Shown: positions 1-48,869 of the stretch, one piece after another
Position numbering within the stretch: the first letter of the stretch is position 1
How the letters are laid out: each line of letters begins with the position of its first letter
Notes under the pieces: generated by a model
What the model was told of the DNA's origin: nothing
What the model saw: the letters and a program-made list of their open reading frames with translations, nothing else
The model's database searches: none
NCBI GenBank assembly: GCA_013239625.1
Contig: MU053304.1
Span: 1,426,001 to 1,490,000 of the forward strand
From: Lama guanicoe
Lineage: Eukaryota
DNA: 64,000 bases
Reading direction: 5' to 3'
Made by a program: the position numbers and the translations under genes

Positions 1-424
1 TCATTTCAGTTTTCTTAGTAATCATTTTATCCTGACAAAGGATAGGCATTTCGGAGTCACTTTACCTCCCTTCTGTTTGTTTTTTAAGTTTGAAGATTTC
101 TAGTAAATTTATTCAGCTGTGTAATCATCACCATTACCACAATCAGGATAACAGCATTTTCATCACCCCAAAAAGTATAGGAGAAGTGATAGAGAAATAG
201 AGGTGGGTAAGGATGCGAACAGACGGTGGATTCCCAGCTCCCGCGGACCCTGGGGCTAGACCCCTGTGCCCCTTCCCCTCTGAACCCACCTCCCCAGGCT
301 GATCCGGATGAGCAGCAGCCCCTCCCCAACCCCCAAAGCCCTGGGGCCTCACAAGCGTCCGAAGGTGGAGGGAGGCTGCGGGCGCGGCAACTCTGCCTTC
401 GGCTCTGCGCGATCTGCTCCAAGT

Positions 425-442
425 ACTTTCACTTTCCTTTTC
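425..442 (-). promoter_or_regulatory. ISRE/IRF-binding element in the SP110 promoter
   Basis: ACTTTCACTTTCCTTTTC reads GAAAAGGAAAGTGAAAGT on the minus strand (tandem GAAANNGAAA). It lies ~130 nt upstream of the first in-frame ATG, and SP110 is a known interferon-stimulated gene. Confidence 0.75.
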
Positions 443-483
443 TCAAAGCCTGGCCTCGCGCTGCCCCGCGAGGCACAGCGCGG

Positions 484-496
484 ACTTCCTGTTTCA
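484..496 (-). promoter_or_regulatory. IRF-ETS composite element (GAAANNGGAA, IECS-like)
   Basis: ACTTCCTGTTTCA reads TGAAACAGGAAGT on the minus strand: an ETS core CAGGAAGT next to an IRF half-site, within a CpG-enriched stretch (~230-670). Confidence 0.55.
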
Positions 497-574
497 CCCA
501 CCAGTCTCTGCCTGCCCGTCTCCCAGTTTTCCAGGACCGAGCCAGCCCCTGGGCCTGGAAAGCGGCAGGAGAAC

Positions 575-35144
<34,570 letters not shown>

Positions 35145-38100
35145 TCCTGTTCTGGAAAGACAAAGGTACCCCAATTTCAGGATCCAGATGATGTGGCCCT
35201 GGCTGTTCTTAGATTGCCAACGAGTCTGGGATGTTACTGGCTGCACTCTTGACTCAAATCCAGGCCCTTCACAGCATGAGTACACCCTCCACCTCCTTTT
35301 ATTGTTTCTTTTTATGTTTCACACCTGAAAAAATTGAATATTTCCTTAATGCCGTGAAATACCCATCACAGTTCACATTCGCCCCATTGTCTCATAAATC
35401 CTTTTACAGTTGATCAGTTTGAATTAGGATCCAAACAAATTCCACGCACTGCATTTGGCTGATCTGTCTCTCAAGGCTCTTTTCTCTGTGGGTTCCCCAC
35501 TGCCTTTTCTCTTTCCCATCAACTCATTGGAGAACCTGGGGACTTCATCCTATAAAGTTGTTCATTTTCTGGATTTTTCTGCATCCCCTGAGTGGCCTGT
35601 TCCTTTCTCCCTGACATCTCTGTAAGCTCGAAGTCAGAGCTACAGGCTTGCTTAGATTTGATTCCTTGGGGGCAGGGAATATTTTGGTTGTTTCTTTAGT
35701 AAACAGACTTCACAGGGAGATTTGTGTCTTCGTCTGTCATGTTAAGATCAGTCAGCATGTTCAGGTGTTACCAGCCCGACCCATCATTCTATCACCCTTT
35801 CACCTAATGATTTTGTCAGCCACTGATGCTCATTGCCTCAACCCATTTCGTTGGGGTTTGCAAAATGATGATATTCAGATGCTGTTATTCCTTCTATATT
35901 TATTAGTCAGAATTCTTCGGCAAAGAGCTTCCCTTCCACAATATTTGGTTATCTTGAAATACAGTTTGTATAGGAAATGCAGGATAAATGCTAGATTCTT
36001 TATTTAAAGTGTTCAAATCAATGAGTTGTTTCCCTAATAGCCTCTAAAGATAAGCAGGGAGGGTTTCTTTTTCCTTTAAAGTATCTTGAACTCATGGATT
36101 TAAATATATTTAATGTGTTCCAAACCATTGCAGTTAATGTCTTTATTGCTGCTCAAATCACCCATCTTCAGTGAGTGAGACTCTTTTCAAGTTGGCTCCT
36201 GAGTCATTCTGAAATGACCCCAGAGCTCTTTGGTAGAGTATCAGCTCTTTCTTTCTGTATAACAAATGACCCCAAAGTTTAGCGGCCTAGAAGAACAATC
36301 ATTTTCCTGCTCACTAATCTGTAGGGCAGAATTCAGGCAGTGGTCCGTGTGGATACCTTATCTTTGCTCCACACAGTATTGACTAAGCCCTTTCGTGCTT
36401 GCTTGCAGTGTCACTTCCGCCACATACTATCAGTCCAAGCAAACCACTGGACCAAATTCAAAAGGAGGGGAAATAGGCTGTACCTCTTCGTGGGATGAAT
36501 GACAAAGTCACATTTCAAAGGGAATGTGGCTTGGGAAGAAATGTTGCCACTGTCTTCAGAAACACTCTACCATAGTTCACAGCAAGTCACATCCTTGCTA
36601 CAAGCAAAGGACATTCCCTCCCACCCCTGCCCCAAGGAGCCTCATTCTTTGCAGCATTGGGTCAAAGCCCAGGACCTCATTGTCTAAATCAGGTTCAGAT
36701 CTGATAAAGTTTCCTTGGCTGTGGTTCATTGGATGTGGCTCTGCATGCTGGTACCCATCCTCTGGAACCAAAGACTTGTGAATTGAAGAACAAGTTAGTC
36801 TCTCCACTTTCCAAATCTAATGATGAAACAGCGACAGAATAACCACTGTGGACACTTGCATTCAAACGGGGAAATGGGTAGCAAATAGCCGTCACTGGTC
36901 CATAAGCAATTCAGAAATCCAATCAAGTGCCTCAATCCCAGGACACAGAATATTCCTTGAGAATCCTATGGTCTATAAATATTATATCCCTCTAATTCTT
37001 ATCCATCACCGAGGGCTTCTTCCATGTCTTCCTCCAGGCCCTATTTGTGTCTCTTTTCTCCCCAGGATATTCACTCACTTGCTCAGCTCTAAACTACAAC
37101 GATAATAGTTTTGGAATCTCTAATTCATACCACCATAAAAAAACTAAATTAAATTCTAAATTTGTGTGAAATTTATTTTTGTTTCTGTTATATATTTAAT
37201 ATACCATCGCAGAGGGAATTTTCAGGATTTTGCGTGTGTATTTATAAATGAGATTAGTCTGTTAAGTTTCATATATTGCCATAGTCAGATTTAGAGTTTT
37301 CCTAGCTTGGCAAAATAATTTGTAAAATTTTATACCTCTTTATATGTTCTGGAATAGTTTGTAGCATTTTTAATTAACCAACTCATAAAATGATACAGCC
37401 TGGAGGACTTTCCCCTATTACTTTGGGGAAGTAATACTGATCACATTCTCTGCTGTTTTGTGGTGATTAGACTCTTTGGATATTCTGTTGCTTTTTGAAT
37501 CAGTTCCACTTTTATCTTTTCTAAGAAGCCATCCACGGCATTTATAGCTGGTCTTATTTCTGTCATATTATTTTATTCTTTCTCTTTGAAAATGTTAGTA
37601 TTTTTTGTCAACAGTTTGTTTTCATCTTCTATCCTGAAAGGCATTATGACGGTTTTTTCTAATATTTACCTGCAAGTTTTCCAACTATATTTCTAACTTA
37701 TTTTTAAGTGTCAGAACCAAAAATTAAATATCTTTTATATGCTACATATTTAAGCCAAGATGTTTGTCATTTTTAAACCTCTCAGCCCTAATTCCTTTCT
37801 ATCCACTGTTTAATAATATGGATATTCATTATCATTATTAAATTTTTTGTCTTTTACTCTATATTAATTATTTTAAAGTATTCAATTATGTCATTATCTT
37901 GTTATTTTTACATTATATAAATTATTTGTCATGTCAAATATCATTGAACATAATTGAAAAGCAAACATTAAAAATTTGTATTAATGTTCATCCATATTCA
38001 TGAGAGTAATACTAATGTGCTTCTGTTCTCACTATTTTAGTTTCCCCACTGGTCTTTTCTTGCCATGACTCCTCCATACCTCTTTTTTTGCGCCACCTTT

Positions 38101-38219
38101 CTATCGACTGAAGTATATCTTTGAGTAATTGTAAAAGAGGAGTACATGGGTGGTATGTTTTCTGAGTCTTGGCATATCTCAGAATGTCTTCTGTTGTTTT
38201 CATTAATTAACAACATATT

Positions 38220-38358
38220 GGGAGGGACGGTATAGCCCAGTGGTAGAGTGTATGCCTAGCGTGCATGAGATCCCGGGTTCAATCCCCAGTGCCTCCATTA
38301 AAATAAATTAATAAACCTAATTGCCTCCCCCCCAAAACAAACAAAAATAAAACCAAAA
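38220..38358 (+). mobile_element. tRNA-derived SINE (Vic-1-like)
   Basis: A/B boxes, A-rich tail, flanking AACATATT duplication. Confidence 0.85.
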
Positions 38359-39687
38359 ACATATTATGCTAATATATATATTTTATCACAACATCTCACC
38401 TTCAAAATTGACTTAGACTTTATTCCACTGTCTTTGAGCATTTTGTTCCACACCTCAGAAGTCTGAGTTCACCCAGAATTCTGCTTCCTTGTTAGTGTGT
38501 GGACACATATGAAATTCTCCATTTACGTCTATAATTATGTGTTTAGTTATTTTTGACAGGATACAATTCAATGTAATATTTTTATCATTGATCTTTCCTG
38601 GCACACTGAGCCCTTTCAGTGTCCATACCTGGTTCTATTTTCAGCTCCATTAAATATTTCTGATTTATTTGTTCTGAGCTTACTTTCAAGAACATCTATT
38701 GTCCATATGCTGGCTACCTGTTCTCTGTGTTCCCTATTTATTACTAAAAAAAGAAGAAGAAATTTCAGAAAGCACGCTTCCTCTTAGGTCGTTAGTGTGA
38801 GAATTAAACAACTAACTTTAAATAATTACAATCCTATGGTCAATGTTTTAATCCTAATGATTTTAGCATTTAGTAATGCTAATTGCTATCTACTAAACAA
38901 ACCTCAAAGGATATAAATTTTTCTCACCACAACACTTTTTTTCTCTCAAGACAAAAACAGAAAGTCATTGCAAATTACAAAATTGTTCTGATCTGTCTCC
39001 ACCCAAGTTGTCCAGAACTGTGAGAAATAAATGTCTGTTGTTGAAGCCACTGAGTCTGTGGGATTTTGTCAGGCAGCACAAACTGACTAATACAGAGTGA
39101 GTAACATCATCAGACTTCCCATCCTCTTGCCCATAGCCAGGCAGAGACTGTTCAGCAGGATCTCCCAGCGTCCCAGTGTGGAACTGGGAGAAGCATGTGT
39201 TGGAGTTTCCATTTAGGTATCTGGGGTCACAGACTAACAAACAGAGAATGCATAGAGGTCCCTTTAGTTCCTGTTTCCTAGCGCTGCCACAATAGTGTGA
39301 ACTGTGACGTGAACTGATTTCACCGATGAGCCAGAAAGGGATGGAGGCAGTTCAAGCACTTAAGAAAAGCACGTAATGAAATTGAATTCCTTTTGTTATA
39401 TGGGAAGATGACAAATACGGCCGTAAAAACTGCCACTCCTGGTGCTATTCTGGGAGAGAATGGTGGCTCCTAAGGATGATAATTCCATAGGTAGAGGCTG
39501 CAGACTTCCAAATCCTTCTGAGGGGGAGCACTAACGCTTTTTCTTTCTAGCATAATCTCACTGCATTGTGATAAAAGGCCCTGCTCCTCACTGGCTTCCC
39601 AGTGGGCAGGGTTGCTGTGCTTTAAATTATCTTGCATCCATTTGTGACCCTGTCTTTCGTTCTGGCACTGATAAGCTGAATCAGGTC

Positions 39688-39707
39688 TGTGTGTGTGTGT
39701 GTGTGTG
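39688..39707 (+). repeat. (TG)10 microsatellite
   Basis: Read directly from the sequence. Confidence 0.9.
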
Positions 39708-42700
39708 TCTTATCAAAGCTCTGGGTTGCTCTATTATGGGGAGAAAAACAAAATAAAACACTGAAGAGCCATTTTTTCTTTCAGGTTGAAAGTTTCAACC
39801 ACTGTCAGTTTGGTTGCCATGACAACCAAGACCCCCATCCCTGGAACCATCTCTCCCTTTGGCTGCCTTTTGTTGCTGCACTGCTTCCTACAAGAGCGGA
39901 GTTTGGTTTATTCTGCTTAGCTCAGCTGGTCCTTAGCTTCCCCCTCCATCCTGTCCTTCTGAGCTGCAGGGTCAGGCCCACCCTTTTTTGGTCTCCCACT
40001 GAACAGGCCCACTGAGTTACAGCATCAACTTCCTGAAACCAGTGTCAGCGACGCCCCTACAGACAATGCCGATTGTGTCTCCCCAGGGACCCCTTCTAAT
40101 CCTGTGCCCAGGCTATTTCTCCCTTCCTGGTCCAGCTTGGTCCCTTCCTCATTGGCTAGAGCTGCTGAGAGCCTGGGTCAACTCAGGACTGCCTCCACCC
40201 AAGTTGTGACACAGGAGGTTATAAATGACTCTCAAGTGGTTCCCTGAAGCTGGGCAGAGCTAAAGCTGCAAAATGGGATAAAGAAAAGCTTTCTATTGAG
40301 AACTTATCAGGAGGGATTATATATACATATAGCCACCCATCTAGCTGATACCAGAAATTCAACCTTGGAAAATCATTCTTGGGAGCTGGGAAGTCACGGT
40401 CTCCTGGTCGCACACACCTGCCCTCGGGAGAGGTGGGCTTAGCTGACAATCAGCGTCTGGGCTGGGCCTTTCTCAGATGCTTTCCAAGCTTCTACAGAGC
40501 CAGGCCCTGCCAAGCAAGCTCACCTTCCGCAGGTGGCTGTGGAGTCTGCCTCTGCTGGCCTGGTCAGTCCTGCTGGGCACCTTGGCCTCTCTTCTTCCCT
40601 CCCCACACCCTGAGATCCCTGACTGCTTCTCTTCCCTCCTAAAGGTGCTTCCACTCCGTCCCGTGGAATCCCTCTCCGCTTGGAACTGGGTATGTGAGCT
40701 ACAGGATTCCCAGTTCTCCCATCTGTCATAGTCCCTGAAAAACAGAAAAGCACAGACTCTATTTCCTTTACCACTGGGGCTGGGGGTGAAACTTGAGATA
40801 ATGAAATCCAAGAAGCCATTGACTTACTCCCTTTTCCCCTGGTCTTGAGACCACTTCATCTCCCGAGCCATCTAGAAAAGGGCTCAGTGAGGCCTGCCCA
40901 GCCTGGACTCCTTGGGCTGTGTGCCAACAGGCATCCAGCTTGGACAAGAACAGAGGTAGGACGCATTGGCACTGGGGACATTGTGACCCACGAGCTGTCG
41001 CTAGCATCTGATTATTCACAGAGTTTGAGCAGACCCTGTGGGAACTCTCTCCTCCATCATCCAGAAGTGACCCTTCTGGAGGCCAATTTGCCAGAAAGCA
41101 TCATGGAGCCTCAGACAAGAACTCAGCAGTAAGGACAATGACCAGACCAGGGCCAGAGGATCAGAGGAAGGGGCAGCTGCATGTCCAGAATGTCACCTGA
41201 TACAGGACTCATCTGTCCCGCCGCCCTCGGGCAGTACCTGTTTAATGTGGAGTGAAGACTTGACACACCGAATGCTGTAGCATCTAGGGGTGGGGTAAGG
41301 CAGAAACATCCTTATTTCACAAGGGCGACGGTGAGGTTTCTAACTTCAGGCGCAATGACAGTTCCCCAGGCTCGGCAGCCTGGGCAGAGGCAGGCATCCA
41401 GGCGCTGTGGCTGCAGCGTTCAGATCCAGGGCTGCAACAGTGCCCAGCTGTCAAGGCGCAGGCTGTCTGGATTTCTGCGGCAAAGGGACAATGCTGCCCA
41501 ACCACAGAGGCCAGTGTCAACCCCCTCCAGAGACGCTAGGTAGTAAAACTCCCACGGGAACTAGGAACAGGGAGAAGGAACGAGTGAGGGCTTTTCAGGG
41601 GGCAAAGGTGCTCTCAAAGGCTCTGTAATTGACCATTCAGTAACAGGAGAGCCAACCAAGGACGTGTGCCAGATCCCCCCCAGATTAGGCGAGCTAAGAA
41701 TGACCAGCAGGACAGTCAGGGTTAGGCGTACACTTGTACCGCTGACATTCAAGTGAGGATTTCCTTACCATGACAAGAGGTCCCTTCTGTTCTTTGCCGC
41801 AAGCTTCCAACCTCACAGCTAGCAAAATGTAACGACGGAGATGTGGTAAACAACATGGGCTGGAAAGAGTGCCAGGCAGTCTAGCTTTTCATTTAAACAG
41901 GCTGGGGCCTGGTGGTAGGCCCACCTCGGAGATGACCAACGGCATCCTCAGACCTAAACTCTAGCATCTCCCATTTGCAAGAATGCCCCTGGAAATCTGC
42001 TCTCCAGGACACTGACGGGTGAGAGTCTGGTGAGGAAGCCACACCCGTAGAGGGGTCTTTGGTCCCAATAAAGTAAATTTGACCAGATGGTGCTTGGAGA
42101 GGAGTTCCCTGAGATGGCTGTACATCTGACAACTTCCCATGGAAAGCATCCATGGACCTCTGCTCCAGAGTCACCAAGGAGCTTGTGAAGATGCAGATTC
42201 CGAGGTCCCCAGCCCTGAAGGAGAATCTCTACTTTTTTTCCTTTTTGAATCTTTACAATTGATGCCCAGGAAGTGGTGTTTTTAACAAGTTTTCTAAATT
42301 CTTTTATTTTTTTTGCCCCAATTATGTTTGGCATCCATTGCCCTAAGATAAGACTGGTCTTTATCTTTCAAGAGAGGAACAAATCTAACTGATGTATGGG
42401 TGATGCTGGCAGCAGTGGAGCCTGCAACTCCACAGCGAGAGCTGGCCCAGCCATGTGTGTGTGTGGTTGGGTTGATTTTGTGGTTTTTTTGTTTAATTTG
42501 AATGTTTTTTAGTTTAGTTAAGTATAATCGGTTCTCAGAAACAGTAATAAGAAAAGAATGAAAGCATTGGCAGAAGGAAAAACTAAACCAGGAAGAGAAA
42601 ACAGCTGTGAGTGAGAGGGAGGGAAAACTAAGAGAAAAGGCAGCCCAGCGGCCAGACTGGGGCCAGGAGGGAAGAGGGGCGCATGGGAGAGAGGGGGAAA

Positions 42701-43147
42701 CTCCTTCTTGAGCAGCTGTCAACAGGACTTTGGGAAACTGGGTGAGTGGATCTTTAAGATGCTTTGCTGTGTGGGGGTCAATCTCAAGAGACCTGAGATG
42801 TTTACAGTCACTCTGAAGCTTCTCTTGGATGTTGGGCTGCTGTTACAGTTGAATGGGAAATCACCCTGAGGTGGCTGCCAGGCACCCCCATTATATTTGG
42901 GCTACAGGCAGCTGTAAAAAGAGAGGAATACAGAATATTGACAAGTCCAGGGTAGAAATGCTTTGCAAGAGGGGCCCAGAGTTAAGGACCGGAGGCCCCA
43001 AGGAGGCACTGAAGCAGTGACATCTTGAAAGAAACAGTGAGAACGCCCACCATCTAGGGACCAGGTGGGGGGGGGCAAGAGGTGGCGGGTGGACTGGGGG
43101 CTGCCAATAGTTTAACCACCTGTTCCTTCTTAGTGCTTCAGTCCCCA

Positions 43148-43276
43148 GGGAGGGTACAGCTCAGTGGTGGGGTGACTGCTTAGCATGGACAAGGTCCTGG
43201 GTTCAATCACCAGTACCTCCATTAAAAATGAATAAATAAATAAACCTAATTATCTCCCACTACCAAAAAAAAAAAA
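43148..43276 (+). mobile_element. tRNA-derived SINE (Vic-1-like)
   Basis: GGGAGGGTACAGCTCAGTGG...GGTCCTGGGTTCAATC...AATAAACCTAAT...poly(A). Confidence 0.85.
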
Positions 43277-46200
43277 CTACAAAGGATCAAATTCCCACTC
43301 CCCAGGCTTTTCAGGGGGTGTGGTGGGGGTAGGGGAGAAGGCACACTGGAGAAGGTGAGGGGGAGATTGAGGAGGGGGGGAGGGGGAGTCCACTCTAGAC
43401 TTCAGCTTCTGTCCTAAATTACCTAAAGTCAACACACACCTTAACCCTGAAGAAATCATCTCCTGACACCAGCTCCTGATCCCCAGGGAGACTCATAGTT
43501 CTATTTAGCTGGCAGAGTCCTTCTCCTTAACTTTTTTCTCTCTAACCATTGAGCACGGTCTACGTGGGAGTCATTCTGGAGAATTCCTAAGCCTGGCTTG
43601 GGCTTGATTCTGCTAAAACGCCTGCCTTCAGCTCCAGAGGATAAAAGTTTTCTTTCACTGACAGATAACAGAGGGTGCCCAGCCCCAAGTGAATCATCCC
43701 AATTTCTCAGAAGGAGAGAAATGTCCTTTGATCCAACCGTGTATGCAGTGTCCCGCGCACAGCGGTGACTCAATAAAGCTCCATCATTGCTGTCCCTGCA
43801 ATAAGCCAGAGTTCCTCGCCCTTGACCTGCGTGTCCCAGGGCCTCCCTCACCCCCTGCCCGTCACTGGCCTGTGGAGCTTCCCGCTTTGGCCCAGGCACA
43901 GTGAAATGACCAGTTTCTGTCGTGCTGGCCAGAATCCACTACCTCCACAGAGGTCAGGCAGGGGGACCCCCAAAGAGAACAGTGATCACGGCCCCAGCCC
44001 TGGGGTGGACGCCTTGGGACCGAGGGGAGCCGTGAGGCTGGGATTCCTGGCGTTGGCTGCTCTTGGGTCTTTGTTTTCCTGGAGGTAGTTTTTATTGTGC
44101 AAAACCTTTTTTTTTAAGTGGAGGGCGGGGATGTTTTTCTCAGACACGTTCACAGCCAGGCATCCTGCTTACTTCCGACCCCATCCCTCCCCCAACTCCC
44201 CAGGGTGGAAATTCCTGATCTAGCCCGAGGTCCAGTCCCAGTGACATTCCAGACAAGAAGCCAGAAGCTGGAAGTCAGCTAACAGCCACAGCCCCCAGAG
44301 AGCTGGCCCGCGATCTGCTGGCTCTGCCTGTGAGCGGCGTACGTGGAGAACTGGCCACACGGCCTCACCTCACTGCAAACCACCATTGCCTGGGTCTGTA
44401 GTTGCCTCTCGGTCTCCCTGCTTCTACTCTGCCCAGCCCCCAGCCCAAAGCCCATTGCCGGCACGGCACCGCGCCAGCCTGGGCTGGTGAAACCCATCAG
44501 ATCTCACCCGCCGCAGGGTGGAAGCCCCAGGGTCCGCGCGGGGGGCCCTCCGCTCCCCTTCTCCACTTGCTGGGTTTTCTGTTCCTCACTCCTCCTCCCG
44601 CAGCCTCCTCACTGTGCCTGGAGCGCCAGGCCGTCCCTGCTCAAGGCCTTGCCACCAGCACGTCCCTGTGTCTGGAAGATTCCTCCCTCTAGAACTGCCC
44701 ATGGTTCATTCTTACTTTCCTAAGGGTCAAGTATCCCCTTTCGGGAAGGCCTACCCTGCAACCCCTCGCCTGCTCTTCTGCCTTCTCACTGGCCTGCTTT
44801 CCTTCCGCGGTGCCCCATGTATCATGTTCTAACTAACGCTCCAGTCTTTGGTTTATTGAGTTTGGTGTCTGTCTCTTGCCACTATAATGTAAGTTCCTCA
44901 AGGGCAAAACTTCTATTTTGTTTGCTGGTATTTCCCTATCGAGCTCCTAGGTGCTTCACAAACACTTGCTGAATGAAAGCCTCCGTCCCCCCAGTGAGTC
45001 TCAGCCAGCTGGCCTGCGGGGTCCACAGCTTCCCAGGGCAGCACCCCGCCTCCCTGTGCCTCCCACCGCCATTAATTAGTGGCGGTCTGACTCCCTGCCC
45101 CAGGCCTCGCTCCCGTGTGGTAAGCCCGGCTTCTGCCCTGGCTCTGCCCCTGCGCACCCTGTCTGTACCCAGTTCTCTCTCTGCCCAGGGCCTTGCTTCA
45201 CTCTGATGACGGATGCCTCCCTCCCACCAGGACGTCCCGCTGAGCTCTGTCCCCCTGGGAGAGAGAGCCCTGTGCCACTTCCCCCTGTCTGCGCTGCTCA
45301 CTGGAGCTCCGCCTGAGAGGTATTCCCACTGTTAGAGAAAACCAGAGGCTGGCAGTAGCTAATGCAGTAAAAACAGAACTATTGCAACAGGGGGGAAGGG
45401 ACCGCTGTACAGAACTGAGCTCCATTCTGAACATAACAAGGATGAGTGGGGATTTCCAGCCAAGGAGCAGGTGGAGGTGGGGGGAGGTCAGTGGATGAAA
45501 TACGTCTAACAGGAAAAATCAAGGGTAAAAGTAGGGGAAGAGAGCGGATTCTGGTTAAACAGACTGAACGGGATTCTTGCTGAAGGCAAGCAGAGTGATC
45601 AGGTACCAAAAATGGTGGGTGAGGAATTTGGCCAGATGTCAAGGGTGATCACAAATCAAGGGTGACCAGGTATCATGGACGGGAAATTCTCTCTAAACTG
45701 ACTTAGCCAGATTCTTACTAAAACTGGCCCATGTGGGCCCAACAAGGATGGATAGCTGAGAAGAAGCCTAGCTGAGAAGAAGGCTTAGAGGAGCATGAGT
45801 AAGTTTTGGTCAAGGGGAGAGCCTTCACCCTCACCTTGGAAAGCAGAACCCTTGGCTGGTACTGCCAGCACCAACCCTACTTGGCCTGGCCCACCCCTAC
45901 TGCCCTGCCCTGATTAAGAGACAGGTCCAGGTCAAGTCAGGCCCCGAAAGTCATGCAGGCATGAGGACCTGGCTGCCACCCAGCCCTGGCTCTTCACCAC
46001 CCACAGCCTCCGGATAGCACTGAGGGTGACTGGTTGGGCAGAGCAGAACCCAGTGCTGGAAAGCCCTGCACAAAATTTCCCAGGGAGCCCCTGGGCAAGC
46101 CCAGGTGCCTCAAAAAATTCTTAATCACTGTGAGATTTGTCAGTTCTTCATGTCCCCGAAATGAAGTCCCAGGGGCCGCATCAGGTCTCCTGCCCCTGTG

Positions 46201-48023
46201 GCCACCTTCAGTTCTGGCCCCAGCTTGGAGACAATTGCCTCAGGCTGTTTTACCCATAGATTTTGAGGAAGGAGGGAGAAGCTTTAAACTCAGTAAACTT
46301 TGCAGCAACTCTCATTTTTACTTAGGAAAGAAATGGATTAGTAATTCAGGACTCCTCACCTCATCTATTGATCTGTCTCTGCCCTTTGATTCATCCTGAA
46401 GAGCCGGATGGTCTATGAGCCAAACATTAGGTCCCAGGCTCTTAATGGGTCTCTTGTGATACCAGCACCACGGAGAGAGCCAAGTCGGGGGCACGGTCTA
46501 CAAACAGGCCAATTCCTATTGTAAGGGGTGAGCCCCGTGATCTGAGTTTTAGTTTTTAGCTTATTCCTTTCCTGTCTACCAATCAGATCCCAATGCTGTC
46601 TGGGCCCCACCCCCACATCCCCTACCCTGTGTTGCATTCATCTAGAACTGACCTCCTATTTCTAGTCCTATCTTCAATTTCTGACCTTTACCCTATCAGG
46701 CCAAGGATTATTGCCCCTCCTCAATATGCCTTCTTCTTAACTATTCCCAAGGAAATGCCTACCCCACCCCAAAAGAGCAAGAAGAGGAAACTAGGGGTTA
46801 TTTTACAGCTTCTTCAAGTCTAGACCTGTAGAGGACCCCAGAGCCACGGACCAAGCCATGAATTCCAAGGCCACTGGGAATGCTGAGAGTGTGTAGAAGG
46901 TGAAGAGAGAAACAGGGTTCCATAAGCCTCTACTTCTAGGAATTTCCAGAGAAAAATTATTTTGTAAATGCCAAAAATACGATAGGACTGTCCATGAAAT
47001 CAGCTATGACAATTAGGAAACAAAAGTTGTGGCTCTGTTCCCAAAGGCCCCACCTACTAATATCATCACATCAAGCATTGATATTTCAACATATGAATTG
47101 TGTGGAGACACAAATAGCGTCAGGTCATAAAAAGGATACCTTCACCCGGTGCACTCTGTCTGTCTCCTGGATAGCTCACTCTGGTGAAGGCTGCCACCAC
47201 GTCATGAGGATATGGTCAACAGCCCTTTGCAAGGTCCACATGTGGAAAGGAACCAATTCACCAGCCCCAGCTTGGTGGCCATGTGACTGATCCTCCCTCC
47301 TTAATCAAGCCTTGAGATGTTTCCAACCCCTCCAAGTCTTCGAGTCTCCCAGCTGAGGCACTAGACAATGTAGGGCTGTGTCTTACCTGAGTCCTCCCTC
47401 ACCCCCATGTCCTCTCTGAACTCCCGATCCACAGAAACAGTGAGATAATAAGTGGTTATTGCTGTCTTAAGCCTCTAAGTTTTGGGGGCGATTTGTTATG
47501 CAACAACAGACAACCAATACACATGGCCTCACATAATCTCAAGGGGATGGGGACATCTAAGTGTACCATTGACCCAAAGATGGGAGAAACTGCTTATTGG
47601 TAAATGTCCTGATCTTACCAGGAGAACTTACCAATGAGACATTTCCAGACAAAAACCAGGATTCACATTCCTTCCTCTGGTGGGTCATAGAAGGTTATTG
47701 TCTGAAAAATCAAAGGGTTGCTCCTGTCCCAACCTACCACCAGGAATAATATCCACACTCACTGATGTGCAGGCAAGGACACACATCAGAAATTTCTACA
47801 TGCCATGGCTGAAAACCTCCAGATTTCAGAAATACAAAAATTTGAAAAGAATAAGCATCTTGGAATTAATGGAAATAGCATGTTGCTGTTTTCTCAGTCA
47901 CACTCTCTCTTATTTCTGCCTGGGTTGCTGTTATTTGCCGTTAACTAGAAGATCTAAGACGGTAGGTTTGGAGACAAAATGAGAACATGGGTAAAATGTC
48001 CTTGTATTCAAAGCAAAGCATGT

Positions 48024-48400
48024 TGTCTTAGTCCATTCGGGCTTTTATTTAACATATATATTTTTTAAATCCATAGACTACGTAGTTTAAAAAACAAGCG
48101 TTTATTTCTCGCAATTCTGGAAGTCCAGGATCCAGGCACTGGCAGATTCAGCGTCTGGTGAGGATCTGCTTCCTATTTCATAGACGGCAGTCTTCTTGCT
48201 GTGTCCTCACATGGCAGAAGGGGAAGGAAGCTCTCTGCGGTCTCTTTCCTCAGGGCACTAATCCCATGTGTAATGGCTCCCCTCTCATGACCCAATCACC
48301 TCCTGAGAGCCCCACCTCCAAACACCATCACACTGGGGGTTAAGTTTCAACCTACACTTTTGTGGGGGCGTAGGGTCACAAACATTCATTCTATGGTACA
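48024..48400 (-). mobile_element. MaLR solo LTR (MLT1A-like)
   Basis: TGTCTTAGTCCATTCGGGCT...GTGTCCTCACATGGCAGAAGGGG...CTCATGACCCAATCACCTCC. Confidence 0.75.
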
Positions 48401-48869
48401 AATGATTGAGTGATTTTTATGAATAAAAAAAATTATTTTAATGCAACGTAATCTACAGGTATAATGGCTACAACTAAGGTCAGTCTGACCTTAACTTATT
48501 AAAATACACCAAATTTAATTGGCCAAGAATGGTCCTTTAACTGTATCTGTATATAAAGAGAAGTATGAATTTCTCCCTCTACACACAAATGTGCACACAG
48601 AGTTTATATAGTAGACTTAGCTGTAGGTATTGTGTACACCTATGTGTCACAGCTAGAAATAAAGTTTCCTTTAAAACTAGCCTTTAACAGATTGTTGATA
48701 ATGAATGCTGGCCTCGTTTATAGTTAAATTTATAGTAAATAGAAAGACATGTTAGGAAACAACTTGATTTTTTTCCCTAGGGTCCATTCAAACCCCATTT
48801 GTGGATTCAACCTTTATCTCCCCTTAGAAGAAAACTTGGATGAGATCTTGGATCTCTTACTTATCATTT

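Noticed and set aside
35145..37200. Poly(A) site of full-length SP110
   Set aside because: I saw no clear AATAAA near the stop; ATTAAA at 37148-37153 is possible but unsupported.
40477..40731. ORF with a signal-peptide-like hydrophobic stretch
   Set aside because: Short, pyrimidine-rich, no homology recognised and no supporting exon structure.
44280..45250. GC-rich stretch with several overlapping ORFs
   Set aside because: Pro/Ala/Gly-rich low-complexity translations, no splice-consistent model, partly L2/LTR-derived.
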